DNA of 54,502 nt. It comes from a virus. Lineage: Duplodnaviria > Caudoviricetes. The stretch spans positions 1 to 54,502 of the IMG/VR virus record IMGVR_UViG_3300020044_001189; one strand, written 5' to 3'. Numbering within the stretch: the first letter of the stretch is position 1; every line of letters starts with the position of its first letter. Below are positions 9,400 through 18,510 of the stretch, one piece after another. A program made the position numbers and the translations under genes. The notes beneath the pieces were generated by a model. That model was not told the origin of the DNA. It did no database searches and saw nothing but the letters and a program-made list of their open reading frames with translations.

Positions 9400-11445
9400 A
9401 TGGCAAATCTTTTTAATAATCAATATGAAGATCTAGCATCACAGGGTAGGTATGGCGATACCATGCTTGCTCATATTACCCCCGAAGAAGCGGCATTGTT
9501 GAAGGCAAGGGGCGGTGCTGGGACTATTAATCCCCAAACTGGGTTGCCTGAGTTTTATTGGTCTCCTCAACAGGCAAATAATTTTTTATCACAACTTCCT
9601 CCTTTAGAGCCACTTCCATCATTAGGACAAGCGATAGCGCCAGAAGCCGCGCAAGCCATTTCTCAAAACATACCCAAAATTACAGTTCCACAGGAGGGTT
9701 TTGGTCTAGGTATTAGACCAGCATACGAAAAAGTTAATCCTGAATTTGACCAATATGCAGATAAACAATTTAGCGGCATGGGTGGTGTCAAGGTTACAGG
9801 CTACACAGTACCAACCGAGCAAACATTTGCAAGTAAACCACTTGAAGCCAAGTATGACGAAAAGGGTAACTTTGTACATTTTCAACTCGCTGGTGGCGAT
9901 TATTTACCAACCGATCCAAATCAACCAAACATAGTTGCTTCACCAAAAATAAATGCAAAAGGCGAGTTATTCGATTATGGAGTCTTTGATTTAAGTAAAC
10001 AGGATAGTGGTGGCTTTGGTGACTTTATCGGTGGGCTTGTAGAAGACTTTGCCCCAATGATCATAGCTGGGTTGACTGCTAATCTTCTTGGGCCTGCCGC
10101 TGGCGCTCTTCCTACCACGGCTGGTGCAACTGGTGCGGCGGCAGTTGGCAGTGGTGCTTTAAGCCCCTATGCGGCACAGGCGGCTGGTGCTTATGGTGGA
10201 AGTTCTGCGGCGGCGGCGGCGGCGGCGGCTGGAAATCTTGCAGGTATTACAACAGCAAGTGGGATACAGGATGCATTGACGCAAGAAGCATTGTCAAGGA
10301 TTGGCACAACTTATGGTGGCAATCTTACTCCCGCTTCCTTAGATACCTCTCAACTTAGTTCTGATCCAAGTTTTAAAGCTGACTACAGTCTCAGTAAAGG
10401 CGGCGGGGATCCCGGGATCAAGGCAACCAATCAAGCTTCTTTTGCCGATCCCACAGTTAGTCCTGTCGATTATTCTTTAGATCCAGTAAGTCTTAATGGC
10501 GGGCCCTTGCCAGCGGGGCCGGGCATGAAATTGCCCTCAATGCCTGCACTAAATTCAATGAATGGTGGACAAGGGTTAACAACTCCCGCATTTGCGGATC
10601 CCGGAACAATTCCCGGAACAGTTGGTGCTAAGGGGCTTACGCCCTTTAATGCTGTCCCTGACCTCGGAGACCCAAAATCGTTCATCAACAACCCAGACGT
10701 CACAGGCTTGCCAAGATTAGATTCGGACGTTTTTAAACCAACAACCAACTACACGGATATGTTAAAAAATGTTGGGGAAGTTTTAAGTAAATTTGACGGT
10801 TCTGGCAAGGGTGGTACACAGGGTGGGTCTGGGGGCGGTCTTGGAGACTTTGGCTCATTGCAGTTTGGTCAGAGCTTTCTGCCCGGCTCCTCCTACAGTG
10901 CACCAGAATCTTCTATGGTTAAGCTTAAAGAACAAGCAATTGTTCCCGCCTTAGCCGCAGTGCTCCAACAGAGGGGCATGAACGTCAATCAACCAAGCTT
11001 TGCTGGTGGCGGTAGGGTTCATCGTCCTGAGTTCATCACTGGCAAGACTGGGCACTACGCGCAAGGTCGCGGTACAGGGCAATCAGACGACATTCCAGCC
11101 GTCTTACACGACGGTGACTATGTAGTGGACGCCGACACGGTTGCGGCCTTTGGTGACGGTTCTAGCAAGGCTGGGGCGGGTGCTTTAGAGCAATTCCGTA
11201 AAAGCATGCCTGAGCACCACAGTGGCGGTGGTCAACCTATCCGTGCCCAGATAGCGGATGGCGAGTATGTCCTACCCGCTGGTTTTGTGACCTCATTGGG
11301 TCGCGGATCAAACAAAAATGGCGCAAAGATGTTGGACGCCATGAGAGAAGAAATAAGGGCGCACAAAAGATCGGCTCCTGACACTAAAATTCCCCCCAAG
11401 GCAAAAAAGCCCATGCAATACATGCGTGAGGCAATGAAAGGCTAA
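9400..11445 (+). CDS. Internal virion / ejection protein
   Basis: N-terminal GRYGDTMLAHITPEEAALLK..GGAGTINP.TGLPEF; C-terminal FAGGG...GTGQSDDIPA.L.DGDYV and IADGEYV motifs. Confidence 0.6.
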   Translation: MANLFNNQYEDLASQGRYGDTMLAHITPEEAALLKARGGAGTINPQTGLPEFYWSPQQANNFLSQLPPLEPLPSLGQAIAPEAAQAISQNIPKITVPQEGFGLGIRPAYEKVNPEFDQYADKQFSGMGGVKVTGYTVPTEQTFASKPLEAKYDEKGNFVHFQLAGGDYLPTDPNQPNIVASPKINAKGELFDYGVFDLSKQDSGGFGDFIGGLVEDFAPMIIAGLTANLLGPAAGALPTTAGATGAAAVGSGALSPYAAQAAGAYGGSSAAAAAAAAGNLAGITTASGIQDALTQEALSRIGTTYGGNLTPASLDTSQLSSDPSFKADYSLSKGGGDPGIKATNQASFADPTVSPVDYSLDPVSLNGGPLPAGPGMKLPSMPALNSMNGGQGLTTPAFADPGTIPGTVGAKGLTPFNAVPDLGDPKSFINNPDVTGLPRLDSDVFKPTTNYTDMLKNVGEVLSKFDGSGKGGTQGGSGGGLGDFGSLQFGQSFLPGSSYSAPESSMVKLKEQAIVPALAAVLQQRGMNVNQPSFAGGGRVHRPEFITGKTGHYAQGRGTGQSDDIPAVLHDGDYVVDADTVAAFGDGSSKAGAGALEQFRKSMPEHHSGGGQPIRAQIADGEYVLPAGFVTSLGRGSNKNGAKMLDAMREEIRAHKRSAPDTKIPPKAKKPMQYMREAMKG

Positions 11446-11447
11446 AA

Positions 11448-12407
11448 ATGGTAGATCTCCTCCAAAGTTCACAAACGACGGCAACGCAAGCGCCAGAGTA
11501 TTACAACAATTATCTGAGCAATATTGCTCAACAGGGTACAAGCGCAGGAGCCAACGCCAAGTACATTGGTGCTACTGACTTGCAAAACCAAGCATTTGCC
11601 AATGTTGGGCAGGCTGGTACAAGCTATCAGCCAGCCCTTACAGCCGCCCAAAATACTATGGGGCAAGCAATTGGCGCTCAAAGCCCCTTATCTGCCGCGC
11701 AACAATATTTTGACAATGCAAATGTTGACCAATCTGCGTTAGCTAAGCAGTACATGAGTCCCTACACCCAAGATGTGGTCAATTCAATTGGCACTTTGGG
11801 TCAAAGAAATATCCAACAAAACTTGGCTCCTCAAGCTACCGCAGGTGCGGTTGGTACTGGTCAATTTGGTTCTACTCGTGGCGCTCAAGTGCTTGGTCAA
11901 ACGCTTCAAAACGCAAATACAGATATCTTGGCGCAACAAAACCAAGCATTGCAGACTGGCTACCAAAACGCCATGGCAAACGCTCAGAGGCAACAAGCAT
12001 TGCAAGCCCAACTGGGTCAATCTGCCGCAAATGCCGCTAACGCAGGGCAACAAAACTTGATTACTGGCGCTACAGCGCAGGGTAACTTGGCTGGGCAACA
12101 ACAGCAGTTGGCGTTGAATAACATCAATAGTCTGTTCAACCTTGGAACCCAACAGCAACAGATTAAGCAAAACGAACAAATGTTCCCGTTGGATATTGCG
12201 GCAAAGCAGGCTGGTTTGTTGCGTGGCTACACCATCCCAACATCTACTGTAAACACCTACCAAGGCTCACCGTTGTCTGCTGTTGCCGCATTGGGGGCAA
12301 CCACCGCTGGTATGTTCACCAAAAACGATCAGGGCGTAACCCCATTTAGGCAGTTTACAGATGCGTTTGGAAATGCTTACGACGACATTCAGAATATTTT
12401 TAAATAG
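11448..12407 (+). CDS. DNA ejection (pilot) protein, Q/A/G/N-rich
   Basis: YMSPYTQDVV and GQFGSTRG motifs and low-complexity helical composition typical of podophage ejection proteins. Confidence 0.65.
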   Translation: MVDLLQSSQTTATQAPEYYNNYLSNIAQQGTSAGANAKYIGATDLQNQAFANVGQAGTSYQPALTAAQNTMGQAIGAQSPLSAAQQYFDNANVDQSALAKQYMSPYTQDVVNSIGTLGQRNIQQNLAPQATAGAVGTGQFGSTRGAQVLGQTLQNANTDILAQQNQALQTGYQNAMANAQRQQALQAQLGQSAANAANAGQQNLITGATAQGNLAGQQQQLALNNINSLFNLGTQQQQIKQNEQMFPLDIAAKQAGLLRGYTIPTSTVNTYQGSPLSAVAALGATTAGMFTKNDQGVTPFRQFTDAFGNAYDDIQNIFK

Positions 12408-12416
12408 GGATAAATC

Positions 12417-13958
12417 ATGGCTCTTCCAGACCAAAACGTAGTCGCAGAGAATGCAATTTCAAAGTTGCAAAACGCCGCCACGGAAAGGTTGGGCGCTCTG
12501 CCGCAAATCAACCCAGCCGACCCACTTGGTAGGCGACCAAACCAATACGGTGAATATCAAAACCAACTTAAAGAGATTCACGATAAGTTGGAACAAAGAT
12601 ACGCAAACCCAAATTGGTTTGATATAGCCGCTGGTTTTGCAAAGCCTCAGCTTGGTGGATTCATCGCTTCTTTGGGTAGCGCAAACGAAGCAATGGCAAA
12701 AAATATTGAGCAACAACGCGCTCAACAAATGCCGCTTGCCGCTCTTAAATTAGAGATGTACAAAAACCAGCAGTTGCAAAACCAAGCTATCGATGCAAAT
12801 GAAATCTATGAAAGAGATATGGATTTATATGGCTACGTTACAGAAGGTGCAGTTGGAGATATCAAAAGATTAGTCGGAAGCGAACACCCAATTGCACAAG
12901 GTGCAGATGCAAATAGGGAAGGTCGTTATAAAGAAATTGAATCTCAACGAGGCGTAGCGGCTACCCAATTGGAGTTGGAGCAGGCTATTGCAAAAAATCC
13001 TTACTTGGTTGTTAAAACTAAGTTGTTTAAGGCTGGCGCACAGACACCAGAAGAAGTTGAAAAATTAAACGGTCAATTAAATAATGCAATTCCACCGGGG
13101 ACTGACCCAACTGTATGGGCATCAATGGGTGTACAAGAAAAGCAAGATCAGATTGCAAAATATGCTGATGATCAACTAAAGCTCCAAATGAGTGAAGGTG
13201 CGGCATCTTTGCATGATGCCAAGGGTGCTGTTGATAGGTTGAAAACTTTGCGTACCGTTCGTGAGCTTGCGACTGATCCTGATATGGCTCCAGTATTTTC
13301 TGTGTTGAACAACGCTGATGCATTTTCGTTGTTTAAGAAAATTACAGACACAGCGGGGGGTAACCTTGGCGCTGTGATGGAAGGCTTGAAAAACGCCATC
13401 AGATCCCAGTATAGTAATGAGAATGATCCTAGTGGAGTCAAGCGTCAAAAGGCTGATTTGTTGTTTAAAACAATTGCACAGATGGCAATTCAAAACCGCA
13501 ACAACGCATTGAACCCAACAGATGCGTATCAGACGTTGGTTGATCAAGCCACCCCGGGCCTCGACAACTCGCAAAAAGGCTTTATCTCGATTGTTGACCA
13601 AATGGGTTTGAGGGAACAACTATTGGTTGATGAGCACAACCTAAGGGTAAAAAACCGTATACCTGCAATGGAGATACTTGACGAGCGCAAATACCCAAGT
13701 CTTCGTGAATTGCGCAAACAATATAAAGACGAGGCCAGAGAATTGGCAAAAACAGATGCATACACCAGAGATCCTTCATGGTTAGATGGTATTACGGTAA
13801 AAATCCCCTCAGGGGCATCAAGACAACCCGAAACACCACAAGCAAAACCAAGCACAAGCGGATCAAGCTCTGGGTCTTCAAGATCAAGACCAACTGAGCG
13901 TGTGATTGATGGCAAGACGTATGTCCTTGTAAACAATTCATGGGTGCTTAAAGAATAA
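12417..13958 (+). CDS. Internal virion protein (helical)
   Basis: 513 aa helical protein in the ejection-protein cluster. Confidence 0.55.
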   Translation: MALPDQNVVAENAISKLQNAATERLGALPQINPADPLGRRPNQYGEYQNQLKEIHDKLEQRYANPNWFDIAAGFAKPQLGGFIASLGSANEAMAKNIEQQRAQQMPLAALKLEMYKNQQLQNQAIDANEIYERDMDLYGYVTEGAVGDIKRLVGSEHPIAQGADANREGRYKEIESQRGVAATQLELEQAIAKNPYLVVKTKLFKAGAQTPEEVEKLNGQLNNAIPPGTDPTVWASMGVQEKQDQIAKYADDQLKLQMSEGAASLHDAKGAVDRLKTLRTVRELATDPDMAPVFSVLNNADAFSLFKKITDTAGGNLGAVMEGLKNAIRSQYSNENDPSGVKRQKADLLFKTIAQMAIQNRNNALNPTDAYQTLVDQATPGLDNSQKGFISIVDQMGLREQLLVDEHNLRVKNRIPAMEILDERKYPSLRELRKQYKDEARELAKTDAYTRDPSWLDGITVKIPSGASRQPETPQAKPSTSGSSSGSSRSRPTERVIDGKTYVLVNNSWVLKE

Positions 13959-15169
13959 TGGCAAAAGAACGAATTCCAACATTAGCTGAGTACAACAACA
14001 ACCCCGGCAACCTGAAACCGCCAAAGAATGTTGTTTACGAAGGCCAACTCGGTCTTGATGAGCACGGCTTTGCCATCTTTGAAAAGCCAGAGTATGGTCG
14101 CAAGGCGCTAGTCAATGACATTAGGTACAAGCTTAAAAATGGCTTGATGACGCCTGAGGCTTTCATTGACAAGTATGCCCCTGCTGGGGATGAAAATCCA
14201 GAAGATTCCAGAGACAACTACAAGCTCCACATAACCCATAACTTGGGTCTCAAGAGTTCAAAGGATGAGTTTCCTGAGGGGTCTGAAGAAAAGATTGCCG
14301 ACCTAATTACGTCGTTTGAGACTGGCAGTCCTTATGTACCAAAAGAAACTACTGAAGGAACATCCCCCACTCCTGTCTCAGGTACAACAAGTAAAGATCG
14401 AGATATAAATCCCATTTATGGGGGTATTGCTGGTGCAACCGCTGGCGTAGGGCTTGCTACCCCGATTGCAACATACAAGAGCTACTACGACCTTGCACGA
14501 TCTGCCGCAAACATGATGCCTCGCTACGAGCCAACCATGGGGATTGAGCCAACAATTGGGTCTTCTATGTCAGCAGGTGAACCTGAACTGACAAGTGGAG
14601 AAAAGTGGACAAAAAATTGGGCTGGCAAAGATGGCGTGCCAGATGCTTCTGCAAAATATCAAAGAAGCAAAGGTCAGGGAAAAGTAACTGGTCGAGTTAC
14701 TAAAATGTGGGGGCCCTCTGAGCCAATGGAGCCCGGCGTCTTTAAGCCCGGACGCCTGTCACTTGCCCCATCTACCACGCCTGAACCTTTTTTAGCCGCC
14801 GCAGAGGATGAAGCCGCACGTTTGGCTTCCCGCGCCAAGCCCGGCCCCGTCAGGTCTGCCTTGGGTCAACTTGCTGGGAACTTTATGATCCCAATCAAGG
14901 CTGGTTTAGCGGGCTTTGGGACAGGGTTTGGTGCACTAGATGCGTACAACAGGGCCAAAGCAGGGGACACCTCAGGATCTGTTGCGGCAGGTACTGGGGC
15001 CCTTGCAAGCGCCTTGTCACCCTTTGTGTCTGGTGCTGGCCCGCTCTCCATGGCGATCCCCATCGGCTTGTACGCAAGAGACAAGATGACAAGGATGACC
15101 CCAGAGCAAGCTAGGGCGCACAATGAGGAAATTAAGAGGCTTGGGTATGACCCAAGCTTTAATCCTTAA
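13958..15169 (+). CDS. Internal virion protein with N-terminal lysozyme-like (NNPGNL) domain
   Basis: NNNPGNLK...FAIF..PE.G..AL...KYAP..EN motif of virion-associated muralytic-like domains. Confidence 0.6.
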   Translation: MAKERIPTLAEYNNNPGNLKPPKNVVYEGQLGLDEHGFAIFEKPEYGRKALVNDIRYKLKNGLMTPEAFIDKYAPAGDENPEDSRDNYKLHITHNLGLKSSKDEFPEGSEEKIADLITSFETGSPYVPKETTEGTSPTPVSGTTSKDRDINPIYGGIAGATAGVGLATPIATYKSYYDLARSAANMMPRYEPTMGIEPTIGSSMSAGEPELTSGEKWTKNWAGKDGVPDASAKYQRSKGQGKVTGRVTKMWGPSEPMEPGVFKPGRLSLAPSTTPEPFLAAAEDEAARLASRAKPGPVRSALGQLAGNFMIPIKAGLAGFGTGFGALDAYNRAKAGDTSGSVAAGTGALASALSPFVSGAGPLSMAIPIGLYARDKMTRMTPEQARAHNEEIKRLGYDPSFNP

Positions 15170-15396
15170 AGTTTTCCGCGCTTGTCTTCCAATGCGTTGG
15201 CTACCTCGGTATTGAGGGATCGAACGTAGTTCACGCACATAGTTAACTCAGCACGCCTTATGCTGGGCATTGCCGCCATGATGAAGGCATTGGCAAGCTT
15301 CACAAGGTCATCCTCAAGGAAGTTGTAGTTCTCCTCAAGATTGACGCTACGAAACGCCTCGTTGATCTCTTCAACGGTTAGGTAAGTGTTGTTCAT
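15166..15396 (-). CDS. Hypothetical protein
   Basis: 76 aa ORF at the end of the leftward operon; stop overlaps the convergent gene's stop (TTAA). Confidence 0.6.
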   Translation of the reverse strand: MNNTYLTVEEINEAFRSVNLEENYNFLEDDLVKLANAFIMAAMPSIRRAELTMCVNYVRSLNTEVANALEDKRGKL

Positions 15397-15716
15397 TTGG
15401 TTTTGCTTCCTCTTTTCTTACGATTAGCCATAATTATTTTTCCTCTAGGTGTTTGGGTCCAATGGGGCTTCTTTGGTTTTTCTTTTTGTATTTGATCCTC
15501 ATGAAGTTTGTTGATCATTTGCATCCGCTTCTCTGGGTTATCCCATATCCCAGCCTCTTTCATGGCAGAAACCTGCTCAGGCTTTAAGGTAAACCTAGTC
15601 CTGCTTCTCTCTTCTGCCTCATTCATCTCTTCCAACAAAATATCAAATTTTTCATCTAAAGCTTCACGAATAAAAAGAAATTCTGCTATTGATAAAACAA
15701 TTCTGATGTCGTCCAT
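15393..15716 (-). CDS. Hypothetical protein containing a copy of the scaffold C-terminal motif and a basic tail
   Basis: FTLKPEQVSAMKEAGIWDNPEKRMQMI is 18/27 identical to the scaffold segment at 41216-41296; AAGGAG RBS. Confidence 0.7.
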   Translation of the reverse strand: MDDIRIVLSIAEFLFIREALDEKFDILLEEMNEAEERSRTRFTLKPEQVSAMKEAGIWDNPEKRMQMINKLHEDQIQKEKPKKPHWTQTPRGKIIMANRKKRGSKTK

Positions 15717-15726
15717 TTTTTACTCC

Positions 15727-15876
15727 TTAACTGAACCAAAGAAAAAAGCCATGCAGTATCCCAATGGGAAAGAACAGGGCCCCAGCGATTAAGAAACCCC
15801 ACATTGCTTGCGAGAAGCAAGTGAAGATGTGTGTGAGCCATGCAAAGAAGCATGCCCATCCAAGGATGTATCCCAT
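15727..15876 (-). CDS. Small 2-TM membrane protein (not in ORF track)
   Basis: MGYILGWACFFAWLTHIFTCFSQAMWGFLIAGALFFPIGILHGFFLWFS, 49 aa; TGATG coupling to the upstream gene. Confidence 0.65.
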   Translation of the reverse strand: MGYILGWACFFAWLTHIFTCFSQAMWGFLIAGALFFPIGILHGFFLWFS

Positions 15877-16643
15877 CAGCGCTCCAATCCTGTTTTTGCG
15901 TACCAAAAGGTCAAGAGTGCCTCAAACATCTGCCAAGCGCGATCTAGTTCCTCGCGTGTCCATTCCTTGACGTAGACCAGACCCGGTTGGGTGACCGAGA
16001 CAAACACGTTTGCGCACCTTGCGTTGGGTATCTCCAAGCCCTTGGCGTATGCCACCAACTGCATGGGCAACTCGTCGTACATCGCAATGTCTGAAAAATG
16101 CTCAAACTCCTTGGTCTTGAAGTCCACCACGATCCCGTCACCGTCCTTGGAATACAGGTCAAGCTTGCCACCGTACCCAAGCTTGGAGGCAAAGGCGGTC
16201 TCGGTATGCCACCAAGGACTGCCAAACACCTCATGGACAGCGTTATCGACACCCACCTGATGCTCGGCATGGGTAGAGGTCATCACGCCGCCGTAGAACT
16301 TCTCTAGCGACTCATGGATGGCTGTACCGCGCTCTGCCGCCATCTTTGCCTGCTCCTTGGAGTCGCGTTGGATGCGGGCGATGAATTGATCCTCTGGCTC
16401 GCCTTCAGCCCTTGGGAGGGTCAAGGCCGCCATCATCATTTGGTTCATCTTCCATGACTCAAGCCCCGGCTTTGCCATCACGCCCATGATGGTGGTCACC
16501 GACGGCACATAGTTGTGCTTGCGAGCGTCTCTGAGGGTTGTGGGGCGGTCTGAGCCGTCCTTTGCCTTCACCGTGTACATCGGTTTCCCATTCTGGTCGT
16601 ACCAGTGTTGGGACTCACTTGCTCTTGCAATGATTGTTGTCAT
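15876..16643 (-). CDS. PD-(D/E)XK exonuclease (Cas4/RecE-like phage exonuclease)
   Basis: PSVTTI, RGTAIH, GYGGKLDL, VDFKTK and QLVAY motifs. Confidence 0.8.
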   Translation of the reverse strand: MTTIIARASESQHWYDQNGKPMYTVKAKDGSDRPTTLRDARKHNYVPSVTTIMGVMAKPGLESWKMNQMMMAALTLPRAEGEPEDQFIARIQRDSKEQAKMAAERGTAIHESLEKFYGGVMTSTHAEHQVGVDNAVHEVFGSPWWHTETAFASKLGYGGKLDLYSKDGDGIVVDFKTKEFEHFSDIAMYDELPMQLVAYAKGLEIPNARCANVFVSVTQPGLVYVKEWTREELDRAWQMFEALLTFWYAKTGLER

Positions 16644-16771
16644 TTGTTCTCCGATGTGACTTTGACTGACTTGGCGGAGTTGATTGTGTTTTCAAACGCA
16701 GTTGCGACACCCATCACGCCGTAGGTGGCAATAAAAAACCCAAAGACTGAGCCAACCAAAAAATTAAACAT
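16640..16771 (-). CDS. Small membrane protein (not in ORF track)
   Basis: MFNFLVGSVFGFFIATYGVMGVATAF..., 43 aa; GGAGG RBS; ATGA overlap. Confidence 0.55.
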   Translation of the reverse strand: MFNFLVGSVFGFFIATYGVMGVATAFENTINSAKSVKVTSENK

Positions 16772-16780
16772 GATGCCTCC

Positions 16781-17068
16781 TTAGTATCTGGTTCTTGGTG
16801 CGCAAGTGACCTCAACCACAATGTCTGCGGTGTAGCCATTGATCTTGCGTTTGGCGTAGATCATCACGGCGCGGGTGTTGTTTGTTTCACACTCGTTGAT
16901 CGCATAGATGACCTCGTTCCTGCTCAACGGTTGGACGTTGGCATCAACCTCAAGGTTTTGGAGCTTGTAAGACCCCGCATCAGGTTTTTTTGGTTCCCCC
17001 ACGCTGGCGTTCCAAGACGACCCTGCGGCGCATCCTGTCAAGGCAAGTAGTAAAAGAATGTATTTCAT
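16781..17068 (-). CDS. Lipoprotein (possible superinfection exclusion)
   Basis: MKYILLLLALTGC signal peptide with LTGC lipobox; GAGG RBS. Confidence 0.65.
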   Translation of the reverse strand: MKYILLLLALTGCAAGSSWNASVGEPKKPDAGSYKLQNLEVDANVQPLSRNEVIYAINECETNNTRAVMIYAKRKINGYTADIVVEVTCAPRTRY

Positions 17069-17078
17069 CAAATTTTCC

Positions 17079-17441
17079 TCAGTAAATGATCTTTGATCGC
17101 CATACATTGATGCGCATTCCGTGGACTGATCGACTGTCTGCAATCTTGCTTCCTGCGTGTTCAATGATGTTGTTTTTTATTGCCATCCTGACAATGTGCC
17201 CCCAAGCGCGAGGCTCAGGGGGGTTAGGAACATTCAAACTGTCTGCCCTAACCTGCTCTGTGGTGAACTCATGGTGCATCCTTGCATATTGGACAAATGT
17301 TTCATAAGCCAATTTTTTCCAATCTTCACCAGCGTTATCAGCCGCAACCTTTGCCAAGGCATGACCAATTTGTAAGCCCGTAGGCGGGGGCTTGTGCCCC
17401 CCAAACAGGTCGCGTGTAAATTCGTCCCATTCGGTTTTCAT
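17079..17441 (-). CDS. Hypothetical protein (winged-helix-like)
   Basis: FTTEQVR...PPEPRAWG motif seen in phage early proteins. Confidence 0.6.
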   Translation of the reverse strand: MKTEWDEFTRDLFGGHKPPPTGLQIGHALAKVAADNAGEDWKKLAYETFVQYARMHHEFTTEQVRADSLNVPNPPEPRAWGHIVRMAIKNNIIEHAGSKIADSRSVHGMRINVWRSKIIY

Positions 17442-17443
17442 GG

Positions 17444-18118
17444 TCAGAAGGGCAAATCGTCTTCCATGTCGTCAAAGCCACTCTTAGATGGAGCCTGAGT
17501 GGGGCTTGAGGAAGCCTTTAAGGGGGCCTTAGGGGACTTCAGGGCACGCCACTCAGGGGAAGACTCAATCTTCTCCTTTAGGCCCTTGCTGAAGGTCTCA
17601 AAGAGCGCCATGTCGGGCTCTGCCAAGCGGAACATCTGAAGGTCGTTGATTCCCTCTGGCAAGCCAAACTTTTTGACCTGTGAGGGGATGGGGGAGATGC
17701 TGGCGACGTTGGAGAACATCTTGTTGCCGTCCTTGCCGGGGCGGTGTATCACGCTCAGCATGCACCACGCACCTAGCGCGTTGGAGATGTCAAACCGTTG
17801 GCTTTCCTCGTCCGTAAACTGCTTACCGCGCCATCCTTGCAGGTCAAGGCGCAAGTTAGCTTTCTCGTTCAGGCTAAGGGTGTAGTTCTTAAAGATTGCC
17901 ATTGGGTCACCCTTTTCGGTGACCAAGGGTTTTCCTTCGCTATCCTCGCCGTGAAGCTCCCAGCCAAACATGACCTTGCGCAGTTGTTTAATCTGTCCAA
18001 GGTACTCGGTTTGTTGGGTTCCCAAGTCGATGATGCGGTAGCAACGAGCGACATGTGAGCCAGCGGGCACGGGGATAAATGATGATGAGGATGATGATCC
18101 TTCGACGATAAAGTTCAT
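17444..18118 (-). CDS. Putative ssDNA-binding/annealing protein
   Basis: PAGSHVARCYRIIDLGTQ N-terminus; acidic SSB-type tail GFDDMEDDLPF; upstream of the exonuclease. Confidence 0.65.
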   Translation of the reverse strand: MNFIVEGSSSSSSFIPVPAGSHVARCYRIIDLGTQQTEYLGQIKQLRKVMFGWELHGEDSEGKPLVTEKGDPMAIFKNYTLSLNEKANLRLDLQGWRGKQFTDEESQRFDISNALGAWCMLSVIHRPGKDGNKMFSNVASISPIPSQVKKFGLPEGINDLQMFRLAEPDMALFETFSKGLKEKIESSPEWRALKSPKAPLKASSSPTQAPSKSGFDDMEDDLPF

Positions 18119-18237
18119 GATTCTTCTTTCTGTAAAAGTTGTTTAAGGTCTTCAGTAACTACCCAAAGGTGGTACTCCAGTTGATCGACAGGGTTGGCAA
18201 GCCAGTCCCTGTACTCTTGCTCGCTTAACGTCTCCAT
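18115..18237 (-). CDS. Small hypothetical protein (not in ORF track)
   Basis: METLSEQEYRDWLANPVDQLEYHLWVVTEDLKQLLQKEES; overlaps both neighbours in a coupled manner. Confidence 0.5.
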   Translation of the reverse strand: METLSEQEYRDWLANPVDQLEYHLWVVTEDLKQLLQKEES

Positions 18238-18371
18238 ACAAAGACATCCAGCAGAACGACAACAAATGCCGCGAGGAAAACGAGTCCCACGCAGGCATCA
18301 GCAAATTTGGTTTTGGGGGAATAGCGCTCGACAGCACAGGCATAGTCAATCTGTTCGGGGGTGGGTTTCAT
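18225..18371 (-). CDS. Small membrane protein, first gene of the leftward operon (not in ORF track)
   Basis: MKPTPEQIDYACAVERYSPKTKFADACVGLVFLAAFVVVLLDVFVWRR, C-terminal TM. Confidence 0.55.
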   Translation of the reverse strand: MKPTPEQIDYACAVERYSPKTKFADACVGLVFLAAFVVVLLDVFVWRR

Positions 18372-18404
18372 AATCTTTCTCGTAATACGCCAACATCAGC
18401 GCAA

Positions 18405-18490
18405 ACGGATTACACCACACTTTTTAATTTCAAGTTAGGAATACTTGAGAAAAACTAGGGGGCTTTGTTAATTGCAAGTTAAGGTATACT
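18405..18490. promoter_or_regulatory. Divergent promoter region with two TTAATT-N4-GTTA(A/G)G operator-like sites
   Basis: Sites at 18424-18439 and 18468-18483; rightward -10 TATACT at 18485-18490; leftward TGTAAT-like -10 near 18409-18414. Confidence 0.5.
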
Positions 18491-18510
18491 CGTTTGCAGG
18501 AGAGAATCAA

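Noticed and set aside
15876-16643. Cas4 as part of a CRISPR system
   Set aside because: Generic PD-(D/E)XK phage exonuclease near an SSB-like gene; no Fe-S cysteine set and no other cas genes
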